From IMG/VR virus record IMGVR_UViG_3300022198_000015: a DNA stretch of 64,000 nt; one strand, given 5' to 3'. The translations under genes were made by a program, and so were the position numbers. Shown here in pieces: positions 36,985 through 47,852 of this stretch. Below the pieces are notes generated by a model, which saw nothing but the letters and a program-made list of their open reading frames with translations, did not search any database and had not been told where the DNA came from. The stretch comes from an uncultured virus (IMG/VR IMGVR_UViG_3300022198_000015). Its lineage: Duplodnaviria > Heunggongvirae > Uroviricota > Caudoviricetes. Positions within the stretch are counted from its first letter, which is position 1, and every line of letters starts with the position of its first letter.

Positions 36985-39294
36985 ATGAGTTCTGAGTTTA
37001 AGGCTACTGCCCCTTCTGCAAACCCTGTTTTTTATCGTACCTACAGTCGCCGAAAGTCCAATGGTCAGCGCGAATCGTTCAAAGAAGCTATGCTTCGGAC
37101 GGTCAACGATATCACGAAGGTAGGTAAGCTGAATAAAAAAGACAGCAAGCTCATTAAAGAGCAAGCACTGGCCCAGCATACATTCCCTAGTGGACGTTCT
37201 TTCTGGGTTGCAGGAAGTGCGTGGAGTCAAGAACAAAAGAACTTCTCCGGCTACTATAACTGCACCTCTACGGATATCTCTGATATTCAAGCCTTTGGTC
37301 TGCTGATGGATCTGGCTATGGTGGGCTCTGGTACTGGCGCCGTTCTGGAGGACTATAGCCTGGCTAAACTGCCTGTGCTTCGGAATAAGATTGAGTTCAT
37401 TGAGATCATTCCTGTCGGTGAAAAAGAAGGTAATCCTTACACCAATGTCATTGACAAGGGAGATTATGCCATCCTGCAAGTTGGTGATAGTCGAAAAGGC
37501 TGGGTAGACGCATATCAAGGTATTATTAATGCAGCCTTCAGTGAGCAAGAGTTCCCTGAAGATACTGTGCGCCTAGTGCTGGATCTCTCTAACGTCCGCC
37601 CTAGTGGTTCTAAACTCAAAGGTTTTGGGGGTACTGCAAATCCTATCAAACTCCAGGAGATGTTTGTTAAGGTCGCAAACATCCTGACTAAAGCAAATGG
37701 GCGTAAACTTACTAGTGTCGAAGCATGCCTGCTGATTGATGAAGCAGCCGCTTGTGTTGTAGCAGGTAATATTCGCCGTAGCGCAGGGATGCGCCAATTC
37801 TCTCAGACCGATGTAGAGGCAATCCATGCTAAAGAAGGCCTTTATAGTCAAGATGAAAACGGTAACTGGCGTGTAGACCCTGAGAAAGAAGCCCTTCGTA
37901 TGGCAAACCATACGATCTGCTACCACAAAAAACCTCCTCTTGAAGAGGTTATTGAATCTGTGCGCAAACAGTTTTATAGTGGTGAAGGGGCTGTTCAGTA
38001 TGTACCTGAAGCAGTAGCCCGTGCCAACGTAGATCTGTTGGATAACCAGCCGACCCGCGATCGTTTCCTTAGTATTTATGAGGAGAGCGGCCGACAGAAG
38101 GCGCTGTTGTATCTGAAAGATGTGGCCAAGTCTAAGGGTATTACTTTAGACAACCGCGAACTTGAACATCGTATGACCCGCTATGGTCTTAATCCTTGCG
38201 GGGAAATTGTGGGTCGGGATTTCCACTGCAACCTGGCAGAAGTCCATCTGAACACTATTGATCCCAAAGACACTGAAGCCCAAATTAAAGCCTTCCGAGC
38301 TGCGGGTATTCAAGTGGCTGCTCTGTTGCAGCACGAGTTTATCTACGAGCGTTACCAATATTCTCGTAGCATTGACCCTATTGTGGGCGTCAGCTTCACG
38401 GGCCTCTTTGACTTCTTTGTTCATGCCTTTGGAGCCGAGTGGCTACAGTGGATGATGGAAGATCGGCCAAAATCCGATCAAGGGGTGTATTTTGAGGCAC
38501 AAGAAGCTCGTTTTCTGAATATCTGGCGAGTGGCTGCTCATGAAGCCGTAGAGGCCTATTGCACCGAGCACGGTATCCGACTGCCCAACCGCATCACTAC
38601 GGTGCAACCAGCGGGCACCAAGAGCCTTCTGACGGGGGCCTCCAGTGGCTGGCATCCCCCGAAAGCCCAGCGCTTTATCCGACGCATCACCTTTGGTCGT
38701 CAAGATCCTCTGGTTTCTGCCCTGCGGGATTGGGGTTACAATATTATTCCTGCTCAGAGCGCCCGTGATGAACAGGGTAATCTGCTCGATGATATCGATG
38801 ATCCCCGCGTGCATGAAGTGCTGGCAGAGATTCCTACTGAGGTGTCTTGGGCTAATCTTCCGGGGTGTGATACCTTTGATCTAAGTCAACTCTCCGCAGC
38901 TGCCCAGTTTGGCTTGTATCATCAAGTCCAGACGTTCTACACAGATCACAACACCTCGGCAACCATTGAATTCCGAGAGAATGAAATTGAAACCCTGGGC
39001 ACATTGATCCATGAACATATGGGCAAAGGTTATATCTCTGCGGCACTTCTTGCTCGCTTTGATGCTAATGCTACGTTCCCGCGTCTTCCTTTTGAACCCA
39101 TCTCTAAAGAGAAGTACGAAGAACTGCAAGCTGCCGTAGAAGCCTGGCGTCTGCCTGAAGATGAGGAACTTGGCTTCCTGGGTGTGCTGGCTAAGTACGA
39201 CCGGGCTGACTATGAACTGACTACTGAAGCAGCCTGTACCTCTGCTGCCTGCTTGGCTAAGGCCGAACAGGATCAGCAAGAAGGCAAGGCCTGA
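36985..39294 (+). CDS. nrdJ: Class II (B12-dependent) ribonucleotide reductase
   Basis: VFYRTYSR, YYNCT, VVAGNIRRSA, NPCGEI, TTVQPAGTKS, C-terminal C...C; no small subunit nearby. Confidence 0.93.
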   Translation: MSSEFKATAPSANPVFYRTYSRRKSNGQRESFKEAMLRTVNDITKVGKLNKKDSKLIKEQALAQHTFPSGRSFWVAGSAWSQEQKNFSGYYNCTSTDISDIQAFGLLMDLAMVGSGTGAVLEDYSLAKLPVLRNKIEFIEIIPVGEKEGNPYTNVIDKGDYAILQVGDSRKGWVDAYQGIINAAFSEQEFPEDTVRLVLDLSNVRPSGSKLKGFGGTANPIKLQEMFVKVANILTKANGRKLTSVEACLLIDEAAACVVAGNIRRSAGMRQFSQTDVEAIHAKEGLYSQDENGNWRVDPEKEALRMANHTICYHKKPPLEEVIESVRKQFYSGEGAVQYVPEAVARANVDLLDNQPTRDRFLSIYEESGRQKALLYLKDVAKSKGITLDNRELEHRMTRYGLNPCGEIVGRDFHCNLAEVHLNTIDPKDTEAQIKAFRAAGIQVAALLQHEFIYERYQYSRSIDPIVGVSFTGLFDFFVHAFGAEWLQWMMEDRPKSDQGVYFEAQEARFLNIWRVAAHEAVEAYCTEHGIRLPNRITTVQPAGTKSLLTGASSGWHPPKAQRFIRRITFGRQDPLVSALRDWGYNIIPAQSARDEQGNLLDDIDDPRVHEVLAEIPTEVSWANLPGCDTFDLSQLSAAAQFGLYHQVQTFYTDHNTSATIEFRENEIETLGTLIHEHMGKGYISAALLARFDANATFPRLPFEPISKEKYEELQAAVEAWRLPEDEELGFLGVLAKYDRADYELTTEAACTSAACLAKAEQDQQEGKA

Positions 39295-39338
39295 TACAAT
39301 AGGGGGATCCCTCCCCCTTCTTTCATACATTTTTTATT

Positions 39339-39887
39339 ATGAGCACTCTTGTTGACCACCAAATCCGACATCTGGCACGCTCTGCGGGTTTGATTGAGCC
39401 CTATGAATCAGAGCAACAGAACCCTGCTTCCTATGATGTAACTCTGGGATCTTGCCTTCTTGTTGAAAAACCTAGGTATTACTCCTCCGATTTTCGATTT
39501 GAAGGAGCTGTAGGTCTTAGGGGAGATCGTTGGATTGAATTTGACATCAGCAAAACAACCTATGAATTGCTGCCTGGTCAGTTTGTTCTGGCTTGTACGG
39601 AAGAATTAATTCGCGTCCCTACTTATTTAGAGGCTATTCTTTATCTTAAAAGTAGCCGGGCAAGAGAAGGTTGGGAGCACGCACTTGCAGGGTACATTGA
39701 TCCTGGATTTAGCGGTCGAGTGACGCTGGAGCTGCGTAACAACAACCAATTCAATTCCTTGCAAATGAAAGCCGGTATGAAGATGGCTCAATTACGTTTT
39801 TGTCATCTTGATGATGTGCCTCTTCGTCCTTACTCGGTCACAGGACGGTACAACAACGACGATACTACAACCCCATCAAAAGGGTAA
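39339..39887 (+). CDS. dcd: dCTP deaminase
   Basis: NPASYDVTLG, KSSRAREG, AGYIDPGFSG.VTLE. Confidence 0.92.
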   Translation: MSTLVDHQIRHLARSAGLIEPYESEQQNPASYDVTLGSCLLVEKPRYYSSDFRFEGAVGLRGDRWIEFDISKTTYELLPGQFVLACTEELIRVPTYLEAILYLKSSRAREGWEHALAGYIDPGFSGRVTLELRNNNQFNSLQMKAGMKMAQLRFCHLDDVPLRPYSVTGRYNNDDTTTPSKG

Positions 39888-39907
39888 TTAGATAGTATAC
39901 CTTAAAT

Positions 39908-39928
39908 GGGCCGAAAGGCCCTTTTCTT
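39908..39928 (+). terminator. Intrinsic terminator
   Basis: GGGCC-GAAA-GGCCC-TTTTCTT. Confidence 0.8.
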
Positions 39929-39984
39929 GTGGTATCCTAAATAGACTCTAGATGCTAGAGTTTCAAGTTATTTTTTGTCATAAA

Positions 39985-41508
39985 ATGCTCCCTATCAGCC
40001 ATCCTATAAACGATCCTTCTTTAGTCTCGTACCATAGGCCTGAGTTGGTGCGGATTCTCCCTGATCTGGAGATTGCCTATGACTGTTGGGCCGGCTTGAA
40101 TGGCTTAGGGGCTGAAGATATAACTCTTAAAGAAAAATATCTACACAAAGAACCTGGCGAACCATCAATGGCGTACAAAGAACGCTTACATAGAGCTACA
40201 TATGTTCCTATTTTTAGGGACGCGATTCGTGGGTATGCCGGTCTGTTAGGGCGCTTTGAACTTATAGATGTCCCGCCCAGCATGGAATCAAGTCAAGATA
40301 ACGTAGACCTCCACGGCTCCAGCATCCAATCCTTCTTAGGTCGTTGCGATGAAAAGGTTCTTCGGGATGGCGGCGTATATATCATGGTGGATATGCTACC
40401 GTCCGATGGCAGTGAGAGTTTTCTTGACCAACAACGAGATGGCCGTACTCCTTATGTGTTACAAATTGATCGTGCGGATGTCATCAATTGGCAAGTAGAG
40501 TACATCAAAGGTCGTCAACGAGTAACTCAAGCCACTGTACGTCAGTATAAGCCAGTTCGTATTCCTAACAGCTTTGGCTCTAAAATTGAGCCGGTGTACC
40601 ATGTTCTTGAACCTGGCCTAGTAACCACCTACACCGTTGAGAAAACTGAAAAAGGGTGGCGTAATAAAAAAGTAGAGCAAGTGCGTACCAGCGTTCAATA
40701 TGTGCCCCTGGTGTGGTATGGCGCAAACAACACCAACTTTGCTGTCTCAGATCTCCCGATGCAGGGTCTGGCATCGATGACCTTACAGCACTTCCAGATG
40801 CGCTCAGACCTCACTGAGCTGCTCCACAAGTGTGCGATGCCAGTGCCGGTGCGGAAGGGGGCTGTAGCCGGCTCTGATGGTCAGATGCCACCCCTGGTGC
40901 TTGGTCCGAACACTGCTGTTGATCTAGATACGGATGGCGACTTTAAGTTCGCTGAACCTACGGGCCAGTCTCTCCTGCAGCATCAGAAAGAAATCGAGCA
41001 CATTGAAGCCCTAATGGACCGCTCCAGCTTGAACTTCCTGTATGGTTCTAGTATCAAAACTGCCACAGAGGCTTCCCTGCGGGCTTCTCAAGTAGCCGCA
41101 CAGGTGTCTGGCATGATTCGTACTAAAGTCAGTGCTTTTAATACTATTATGCGTCTCTGGGCTTTATTTGCAGGCGAGCAGTCTAGTATTAATCCTGAAA
41201 GTGGCTTAGCTATGAACGACAGCTTAATCAATAAGCCTATTGATCCTTCTGGTATGGCTCAACTGGTTAATCTTTATCGAGAAGGTCTGCTTAGTCGCCA
41301 GACTATTCTTGAGGAACTGCGTCGAGGGGGTGTTCTGGATCCTGATGTGCGGATCGAAGCAGAACTGGAACGCATCAAGGAAGACGAAGCCGAAAAGCAA
41401 CCTATTGAACCCCCTGCGGCACCCAAGGATCCTATTGCTGCTGAGCAATTAGCCGCTCAAAATCAACAGAAAGATACCCAAGGAACTACGGCTGATATTA
41501 ATCGGTAA
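39985..41508 (+). CDS. Portal protein (DUF4055-like)
   Basis: KYL.KEPGE...YKERL.RA, NVDLHG, KTATEA; about 507 aa. Confidence 0.88.
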   Translation: MLPISHPINDPSLVSYHRPELVRILPDLEIAYDCWAGLNGLGAEDITLKEKYLHKEPGEPSMAYKERLHRATYVPIFRDAIRGYAGLLGRFELIDVPPSMESSQDNVDLHGSSIQSFLGRCDEKVLRDGGVYIMVDMLPSDGSESFLDQQRDGRTPYVLQIDRADVINWQVEYIKGRQRVTQATVRQYKPVRIPNSFGSKIEPVYHVLEPGLVTTYTVEKTEKGWRNKKVEQVRTSVQYVPLVWYGANNTNFAVSDLPMQGLASMTLQHFQMRSDLTELLHKCAMPVPVRKGAVAGSDGQMPPLVLGPNTAVDLDTDGDFKFAEPTGQSLLQHQKEIEHIEALMDRSSLNFLYGSSIKTATEASLRASQVAAQVSGMIRTKVSAFNTIMRLWALFAGEQSSINPESGLAMNDSLINKPIDPSGMAQLVNLYREGLLSRQTILEELRRGGVLDPDVRIEAELERIKEDEAEKQPIEPPAAPKDPIAAEQLAAQNQQKDTQGTTADINR

Positions 41509-41761
41509 CATTAAATATTTACTCTAGTAAATGGACTGCAATGAAGTTTGCAGCATGCTTGCTGCTGGTAAATTGAATGTACCAACGGCCGCTGTAAAAT
41601 GTCGAGTTTCATGGGATGAAATGAAAAAGTTATTCCGATCTTATGCCGAGACTCATCCGGCTGATCCTGAAGCGTACCTTACGGATGTGGAGCCCTGTTG
41701 GCCCTATGTGACTTGACTGGCCAGGTTACCTGCTATACTGAAGAAGCCTACGCAATCTCCC

Positions 41762-42007
41762 ATGCCCGCCAAAACCCGCATGACCTCAGGGTTCTTAGCC
41801 AGGGTCACCTTTGATCAAGACGCTTCTGAATATTTCTCAGAAGATGCTAATCAAGTTATGGAGATGCTATATCCCGAGGATGAGGATGTGTATGAATTCA
41901 TTGAATTCATGCAAGAGCACGAAGATTATGTTATTGAGGCAACGGTCCTTTTCCCTGATGGGCGTATTATTGATGCCCGTAGTCTGAGCACTAATGCTGA
42001 AGATTGA
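41762..42007 (+). CDS. Acidic hypothetical protein
   Basis: TTGACT...TGCTATACT promoter upstream. Confidence 0.6.
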   Translation: MPAKTRMTSGFLARVTFDQDASEYFSEDANQVMEMLYPEDEDVYEFIEFMQEHEDYVIEATVLFPDGRIIDARSLSTNAED

Positions 42008-42394
42008 ATGAGCCATCCTCTACATTCCGGTAAATTCATTCGTTCCTTTGGAGGTTCTTTTGTTTATGAAGTCCTAGGGCCTTGTTGCCGGTTGTACGAT
42101 AAAGAAGAATTACCCTGGCCCAGCTGTTCGCTTACGTGGAAAGGCAAGCAGCCCTCTTGGAATCGTGTGGGGCCCAGATTTGTAGCAGATATGGCAGCAA
42201 GTCGTTGTCCATCTTACGCAGTCAAAGGTTACGACCATTTTGGTAATAGTTGGGTACAGATCCTCAGTCTGTACGACACCAAGCTAATTAGCTCTGAGAA
42301 AAAGTGGTGGATCTGGAAAGGACCATCTCACCTGAAACCCCCGGCTACTATTGACGAGATGGAGTCCCGCTTATCTAAAGGAGAACGCTGGTAA
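42008..42394 (+). CDS. Hypothetical protein
   Basis: 128 aa, coupled to polA. Confidence 0.65.
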   Translation: MSHPLHSGKFIRSFGGSFVYEVLGPCCRLYDKEELPWPSCSLTWKGKQPSWNRVGPRFVADMAASRCPSYAVKGYDHFGNSWVQILSLYDTKLISSEKKWWIWKGPSHLKPPATIDEMESRLSKGERW

Positions 42395-44385
42395 TGCCTA
42401 AAAAAGAAGCCCCCATTGACCCCTTCAAAGATTACGCACCCTACCCAGAACCAGACATTTTACTGCTGGTAGATACCCAAGATAAAGTTAAAGGTGCTCG
42501 GCAACTGCTTAAAACTGTTTCTCCAAAAAAACTGGGTTTTGATATAGAAACCTATAATGAACGTCAAGATATCTGGCGCCACGTAGCTTCGTTGTACCCC
42601 TATATTGGAGGCAAAGTTCGTACTGTACAGATCGGTTTTATTACTGACACCTATGAACGCTACGTTATAATTATAGATATGAAAGCTGTGCCCACTGAAG
42701 GCCTAGCTTTTCTTAAAACTTTATTAGAATGCCCCAGGGATAAACGTACCATTGTTGGCCATAATCTGGCTTTTGAGTTTCTATATATGGAACACTTAGG
42801 AATACGTGCTACTGCTGATGTCTTCGATACTCAAGTAGCCGCTAGGGTTCTTAGTGCTAATCTATTACCCTTAGAACCCAATAGAGGCAGTGGTTATGGA
42901 CTAGACCTGGGTAGTTGCGTAGGTAGAGATTTAAAAGCCTTCCTAGATAAAGATGAACAGACTTCTAATTGGGGTGCTGATCTGACACAATCTCAATTAG
43001 TTTATGCTTCTAAAGATGCTCTATGTGTCCTAGATTTAGAAAAACTGTATCAAGAACGTCTACAACAGACCAAACAGCTTGCTGCTGCACGCGCAGATTT
43101 CCGCGTACTGCCCATGATGGCAGCTTGTAATGCTAATGGTATTACCTTAGACGTAGAAAAAGTACAAGAAACCAAGATAAAATTAGAGGCAGAAAAAGAA
43201 CGACTTTATGCTAAATGCTGTGAAGTCTTTGGCGTAAATAACCCCAATAGCCCTGCACAATTACTACCAGTACTGCAACAATTAGACCCTGACGTTACTA
43301 GTACCAACAAGCAGACCATTGAATTCCTAGCTAGAAAGCATCCTCAAGTTTCTGTTCTGCTTGAATTAAAAGAAGTTGTTAAAACTATCGGGACTTACAT
43401 TCTACCTTGGCTTAATATGGCTGAGCTTACTGGAGGAACTGTACATCCAAACCTCAGGGTGATTGGAGCCGATACAGGGCGTATGTCTTGTCCTACAGCC
43501 TTCAAGGGCTCTGTGCCATCTGGTGAATTCACTAAAACGGGCAAAGAAAAAACAACTACTATTATTCTGGGAGCAACTTTACACGGAGCCCCTAAGACAA
43601 CCCGTGAGTTCTTTGTGGCTAGACCTGGGTATATAATGCTAGACGCTGACTTCAGTGCCATCGAGGTGCGCCTGGCAGCTCATACCTATAAAGACCCAGC
43701 TATGCAAGAGCTTGCTCTGGATCCTAATATTGATGCTCACCGCCGAATGGCATCTAAAATCTTCGGTGTTCCTGAGGATGAAGTGACTTCTGAGCAACGT
43801 GCCGTGGGCAAAACCGCGAACTTTGCCTTACAGTACGGCTGCGGTGTCAATAAACTACACGCCCAACTAGAAAGTGTGCTCAAACGTAAAGTAGATAAAG
43901 CTGAAGCAGAAAAAGCCTATACAGCCTGGCATGAAACGCATTACATGATCTCTGCACAAATGTCAGTATTTAGAGACAAAAATAATCCAAAATATTTCCT
44001 TAGGAGCACTCTTGGTCGTATCATGGGCACCCCCAGCCCCCTCGGAGGCAAGAAAACCAATAAATGGGGCCATATCAGGCCTGAGGAAGGCCCCCTGATC
44101 CATACCAACGGGGTGAACTGGCCCATCCAGGCTGCTGGGCGTGATTTGCTCGCAGAGGCTGCTATACTGGTCTGGGAGCGCCTAGTCGTTCCTAATCCTG
44201 ACGTTATCCCCCTGCATCTTGTCCATGACGAAATTCTGTTGGAAGTCCCTGAAGCCAAAGCAGAATATGCCGCAAAAATCGTTAAAGAATGTATGAGTGA
44301 CGCTGATCTTCAGAAAAAATACCTAGGTACTATTCCCCTAGAATGCGAAACTCTGATGGGTCATCGTTGGAGTGAAGCACACTAA
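42394..44385 (+). CDS. polA: Family A DNA polymerase with 3'-5' exonuclease
   Basis: FDIET, GHNLAFE, YASKD; DADFSAIEVR, RAVGKTANFALQYG, VHDEI. Confidence 0.96.
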   Translation: MPKKEAPIDPFKDYAPYPEPDILLLVDTQDKVKGARQLLKTVSPKKLGFDIETYNERQDIWRHVASLYPYIGGKVRTVQIGFITDTYERYVIIIDMKAVPTEGLAFLKTLLECPRDKRTIVGHNLAFEFLYMEHLGIRATADVFDTQVAARVLSANLLPLEPNRGSGYGLDLGSCVGRDLKAFLDKDEQTSNWGADLTQSQLVYASKDALCVLDLEKLYQERLQQTKQLAAARADFRVLPMMAACNANGITLDVEKVQETKIKLEAEKERLYAKCCEVFGVNNPNSPAQLLPVLQQLDPDVTSTNKQTIEFLARKHPQVSVLLELKEVVKTIGTYILPWLNMAELTGGTVHPNLRVIGADTGRMSCPTAFKGSVPSGEFTKTGKEKTTTIILGATLHGAPKTTREFFVARPGYIMLDADFSAIEVRLAAHTYKDPAMQELALDPNIDAHRRMASKIFGVPEDEVTSEQRAVGKTANFALQYGCGVNKLHAQLESVLKRKVDKAEAEKAYTAWHETHYMISAQMSVFRDKNNPKYFLRSTLGRIMGTPSPLGGKKTNKWGHIRPEEGPLIHTNGVNWPIQAAGRDLLAEAAILVWERLVVPNPDVIPLHLVHDEILLEVPEAKAEYAAKIVKECMSDADLQKKYLGTIPLECETLMGHRWSEAH

Positions 44386-44450
44386 CGGGATTATCTGGTA
44401 AAATATCTAAGTGTTGAGTCGGAGATAATCATGTCCTTTGTTTCAATCCA

Positions 44451-45092
44451 ATGTTTTTTCTTCTTCAATCTGTTCTAACCCTAACTCCTTTCTTCGATCC
44501 TTCAAAAATCCACTACTCAGAAAGCGCTAAGCTTCTTGAGAGTACTCCAAAAGAACTCCCATTCAACCCTAAGGAATCCACCAATGTTGCCGAATTGGCG
44601 GATCTCATAGGAGAAGTAGAGTCTGATTCTGTCGGTGGCTACAATGCAGCTAATGCTGGCCGCGCTATGGACTTAGGCTCTAATGGCCTGATTAAACTGA
44701 CGGGCCGCTCCTGTGAAGAGATTACCATCCGCGAAATCAAAGCCCTTCAACGTCGCGGTCTATTGCATGCTGTTGGTCGCTACCAGATCATCCCAAGTAC
44801 CCTGCGTGCAGCCGTGAAGTGGGCTAAACTCTCAGAAGAAGAGTACTTCTCTCCTGAGAATCAAGACAAACTGTTGCTTGCTTTACTGCAACACAAGCGC
44901 CCAAAAGTATGGCAGTACATCAAGACAGGTCATCATCTGCCAACAGCTATTAATGAATTGGCTAAGGAATGGGCAGGTATTCCAACCACCTCCGGCCACA
45001 GTTACTACGGTTATGGCAATCGAGCCCATACCACAGTGGCTAAAGTCCGAGCAGTGCTCCAACAACTTCGACTGAACTTCTCCTTCGCTTGA
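44451..45092 (+). CDS. Lysozyme-like muramidase
   Basis: ES..GGYNA.N...AVGRYQIIPSTL...FSPENQD...LAKEWA. Confidence 0.8.
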   Translation: MFFLLQSVLTLTPFFDPSKIHYSESAKLLESTPKELPFNPKESTNVAELADLIGEVESDSVGGYNAANAGRAMDLGSNGLIKLTGRSCEEITIREIKALQRRGLLHAVGRYQIIPSTLRAAVKWAKLSEEEYFSPENQDKLLLALLQHKRPKVWQYIKTGHHLPTAINELAKEWAGIPTTSGHSYYGYGNRAHTTVAKVRAVLQQLRLNFSFA

Positions 45093-45094
45093 TG

Positions 45095-45418
45095 ACCATG
45101 CTAAAATTTCTCTCTGCTGCTGCAGTGTTGCTTTCTGCTGTGCCCGTACAAGCACGTACAGTAACAGCCACGGTCTACCATCCTTGGTATAATGGCCGGA
45201 CTACATATTGTGGTCAGACCTATAGACATTGGGGTGTATCAGCAGCGCATCCCTGGTTGCCGTGTGGTACAAAAGTACGAGTAACGCGAAAAGGCCGCAG
45301 TCTAGTTGTGCCCATCACTGATCGCTGTAATTGTAATAGTATTGATCTGTCGGCTGGAGCAGCTAGTTATTTGGGCGTACCCATCGATGGTATCGCACCA
45401 GTCAACATTAATTACTAA
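45095..45418 (+). CDS. RlpA-like (DPBB) lytic transglycosylase
   Basis: Signal peptide; SAAHPWLPCGTKVRVT...ITDR...IDLS. Confidence 0.85.
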   Translation, partial: TMLKFLSAAAVLLSAVPVQARTVTATVYHPWYNGRTTYCGQTYRHWGVSAAHPWLPCGTKVRVTRKGRSLVVPITDRCNCNSIDLSAGAASYLGVPIDGIAPVNINY

Positions 45419-45711
45419 TTGGTAAACTGAGGGTGCAGTTCTATAAGATCATGTCCCGCACTTATCGTAAAAATCCAGAAGACAAATACTATCGTACTCC
45501 AAAAACTAAACAAGAAAAAACACAAAACATTGCTATTGAAACTGATGAACGATTTGAGTACGATTACCATGTAGCCAAACAGAACCGTCGCCATCGGTTC
45601 ATCCCAACGGCCTGGGACGACGTTCCCCTGTCCAGTTGAGTCCTGGCCCCCTTGACGGGGGCTTTTCTTCTGCCTATAATACGGAAGCCACCAAGCAAGG
45701 GAGCAACCCTC

Positions 45712-46158
45712 ATGCCCATCCTACAAACCAGAAAACCTGCTGGTAGCCGGTCAAACCGGATGCTCACGCAGCGTGTTATTAACAACCTCGGAGATTTCTT
45801 TAGCCTAGAGCCCTCCTCTAAAGTACATAAAAAAATCTATGGCCCTATCCGAGTAAATTACAGTTATCACACCTTTGAAGTTCATATTAAAGGTAATGTA
45901 GTCCTAGTTATTGATAAACAAAATAAAGACGTTCTAGTAACCAGCGGAGGACATTTTGATAAGTATGGTCATCCTACAGCCTCCACTAGAGAGTTGATCA
46001 ATGGTATTTTTGATACCCTTGAAGCTCATAACATCACAGATCATGTGCGTGTCTATGTAGACAATGAAGGATGCAAAATCTGTGTAATTACAGAAGAAGA
46101 CTCCTACGAGCATCCTCTGGATGCAAAACACTGTAATTATCGCGTGTATTTCAAATGA
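45712..46158 (+). CDS. Hypothetical protein
   Basis: TTGACG-17-TATAAT promoter, GGAG RBS. Confidence 0.65.
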   Translation: MPILQTRKPAGSRSNRMLTQRVINNLGDFFSLEPSSKVHKKIYGPIRVNYSYHTFEVHIKGNVVLVIDKQNKDVLVTSGGHFDKYGHPTASTRELINGIFDTLEAHNITDHVRVYVDNEGCKICVITEEDSYEHPLDAKHCNYRVYFK

Positions 46159-46388
46159 AACCTTTTGAGCAACTGACCATTAGAGGTCAAATCAGACGCT
46201 TGAATAACGCAGCCACCACTTGTCATGACTGTGGCCAAAAGTATGGAGTCTATAGCGTAGGCTGTAGTTCTACATGGTCTGGCAAATGTAATGTCTGTGG
46301 TAAAAACAAAAGAGTCACAGAAACACGAGATTATGGCTATTTTTATAAAACTATTAGGGACCTAAAAAGTCAGCTAAATTCCAAATAG
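46155..46388 (+). CDS. Zn-finger protein
   Basis: CHDC...CNVC. Confidence 0.65.
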   Translation: MKPFEQLTIRGQIRRLNNAATTCHDCGQKYGVYSVGCSSTWSGKCNVCGKNKRVTETRDYGYFYKTIRDLKSQLNSK

Positions 46389-46415
46389 GAAGCCTCTATT
46401 AGTAGCTCCTCCAGC

Positions 46416-46730
46416 ATGAACATTCTTTTAAAAGCTCTTGGTTCCGCTGCTGGAGGGGCCTCTCAAGCGATGGCTACAGGAGCCAGTATGGCCGCCATTA
46501 TGGGGGCCGTTTATATTGTGGATTGCCGTATCACCGCCGGCAACAACCATGAACAAGCAACCAACTGCTACTTTGTAGGCCTGCCTATTATGGGCATTGG
46601 CGTAGCCGGACGTAGCGGCTATAAAGTGGGCTTTGACACCTATAACCCAGCACTGAAGCGTCCTGAAGAAGAGATTCTAGCCGCTCCTCCTACAACCCGT
46701 CGCACTCGTAGTTCTACTAAAAAGGCTTGA
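46416..46730 (+). CDS. Membrane protein (holin-like?)
   Basis: Two hydrophobic segments, basic tail. Confidence 0.55.
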   Translation: MNILLKALGSAAGGASQAMATGASMAAIMGAVYIVDCRITAGNNHEQATNCYFVGLPIMGIGVAGRSGYKVGFDTYNPALKRPEEEILAAPPTTRRTRSSTKKA

Positions 46731-46731
46731 T

Positions 46732-47034
46732 ATGAAAATCTCTTTATTCCTAGAGCTGACTTATGCTTTTGCTATTCTTGGTCTAACTGAAGCAGTAATT
46801 AAACCAATAGCCAAAAAGTTTATTCAAGCAAAGATCCTTAAATATGCCCCCATGGTATTTGATGCCTTAGACCCTGTAATGCCTGGATTAATTGCAAAAT
46901 ACGATAGCAAAGAATTAGAAGTTATTATCCGCGAAGAGTTTGAAGAATTGACAGGAGAAGATTGGTCTAATGTGAATTTAAATACTTTCTGGCAATTGTA
47001 TGATCCTCGTAAAAATGCCGACAAGTGCAAATGA
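46732..47034 (+). CDS. Membrane-anchored hypothetical protein
   Basis: N-terminal hydrophobic helix. Confidence 0.6.
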   Translation: MKISLFLELTYAFAILGLTEAVIKPIAKKFIQAKILKYAPMVFDALDPVMPGLIAKYDSKELEVIIREEFEELTGEDWSNVNLNTFWQLYDPRKNADKCK

Positions 47035-47305
47035 TCATCCCAAACTATTGACGTAATCAATTAAACCTTGTTTGCGTATATATGCTCCGCAACACCACCC
47101 CAAAGGTTTAACATAATAGCAAGGTTCCCCTGTATTAGGATTTACATGCTGAGTCGGGGGCAGAGCTATTCCAGTAGACTGAAGCCGCTCCCCAGTCCAC
47201 ATATACCCAGGCAAAAAATCTAGTATAACTTGAGACACATTTTTGGATCGTCTGCTTTATAATATGCCTAAATTTGGTAAACTGTATTAGGTACATGGTG
47301 TAACG

Positions 47306-47692
47306 ATGCGACAGGTACTGTACCATCTAGTTATGATATTTGGTGCAAAAATTCTTAAGCTTATAAGCGCAATAAATGTCCTAGTAGCCCAAGCCACTCA
47401 AAATCTTGCTAAATTTTTATCCAAAGAACAAGCAGAGTATTACGAAGTCTTACTACCCCAATTACAAACCTTAAATGAGTTTCAGATAATTCAAGCTAGT
47501 CTGCAAACTAGAGATGCTGCTCTAGATCAAGAAGAATGGACTGAAGAACAGTATGAATATCTTAGCCATCTAATGAGCAGCTTACATGACATTCATGGTT
47601 GGACAAAAGAAGACGTGGATACCCACATGGAAATGTTAGTAACTTCCGGACCCGAAGGCTATGAATATGAACCCTCTGAGGATGACGAATGA
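47306..47692 (+). CDS. Hypothetical protein
   Basis: 128 aa; TGGTAAACT upstream. Confidence 0.6.
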   Translation: MRQVLYHLVMIFGAKILKLISAINVLVAQATQNLAKFLSKEQAEYYEVLLPQLQTLNEFQIIQASLQTRDAALDQEEWTEEQYEYLSHLMSSLHDIHGWTKEDVDTHMEMLVTSGPEGYEYEPSEDDE

Positions 47693-47852
47693 CTAAAAAG
47701 AAAACTCAGACTATCCAAATCTATAGCCAAGGTGTTACTACCAGTCATGTATTACCCTTGGATATAGTGGATCAAGCCATTCGTAAGTTTTATAAACAAG
47801 GGTATATTTGTTGGAAAGTGCCTAATTAAGTTTTTCCAAAAAATCGTTAAAA

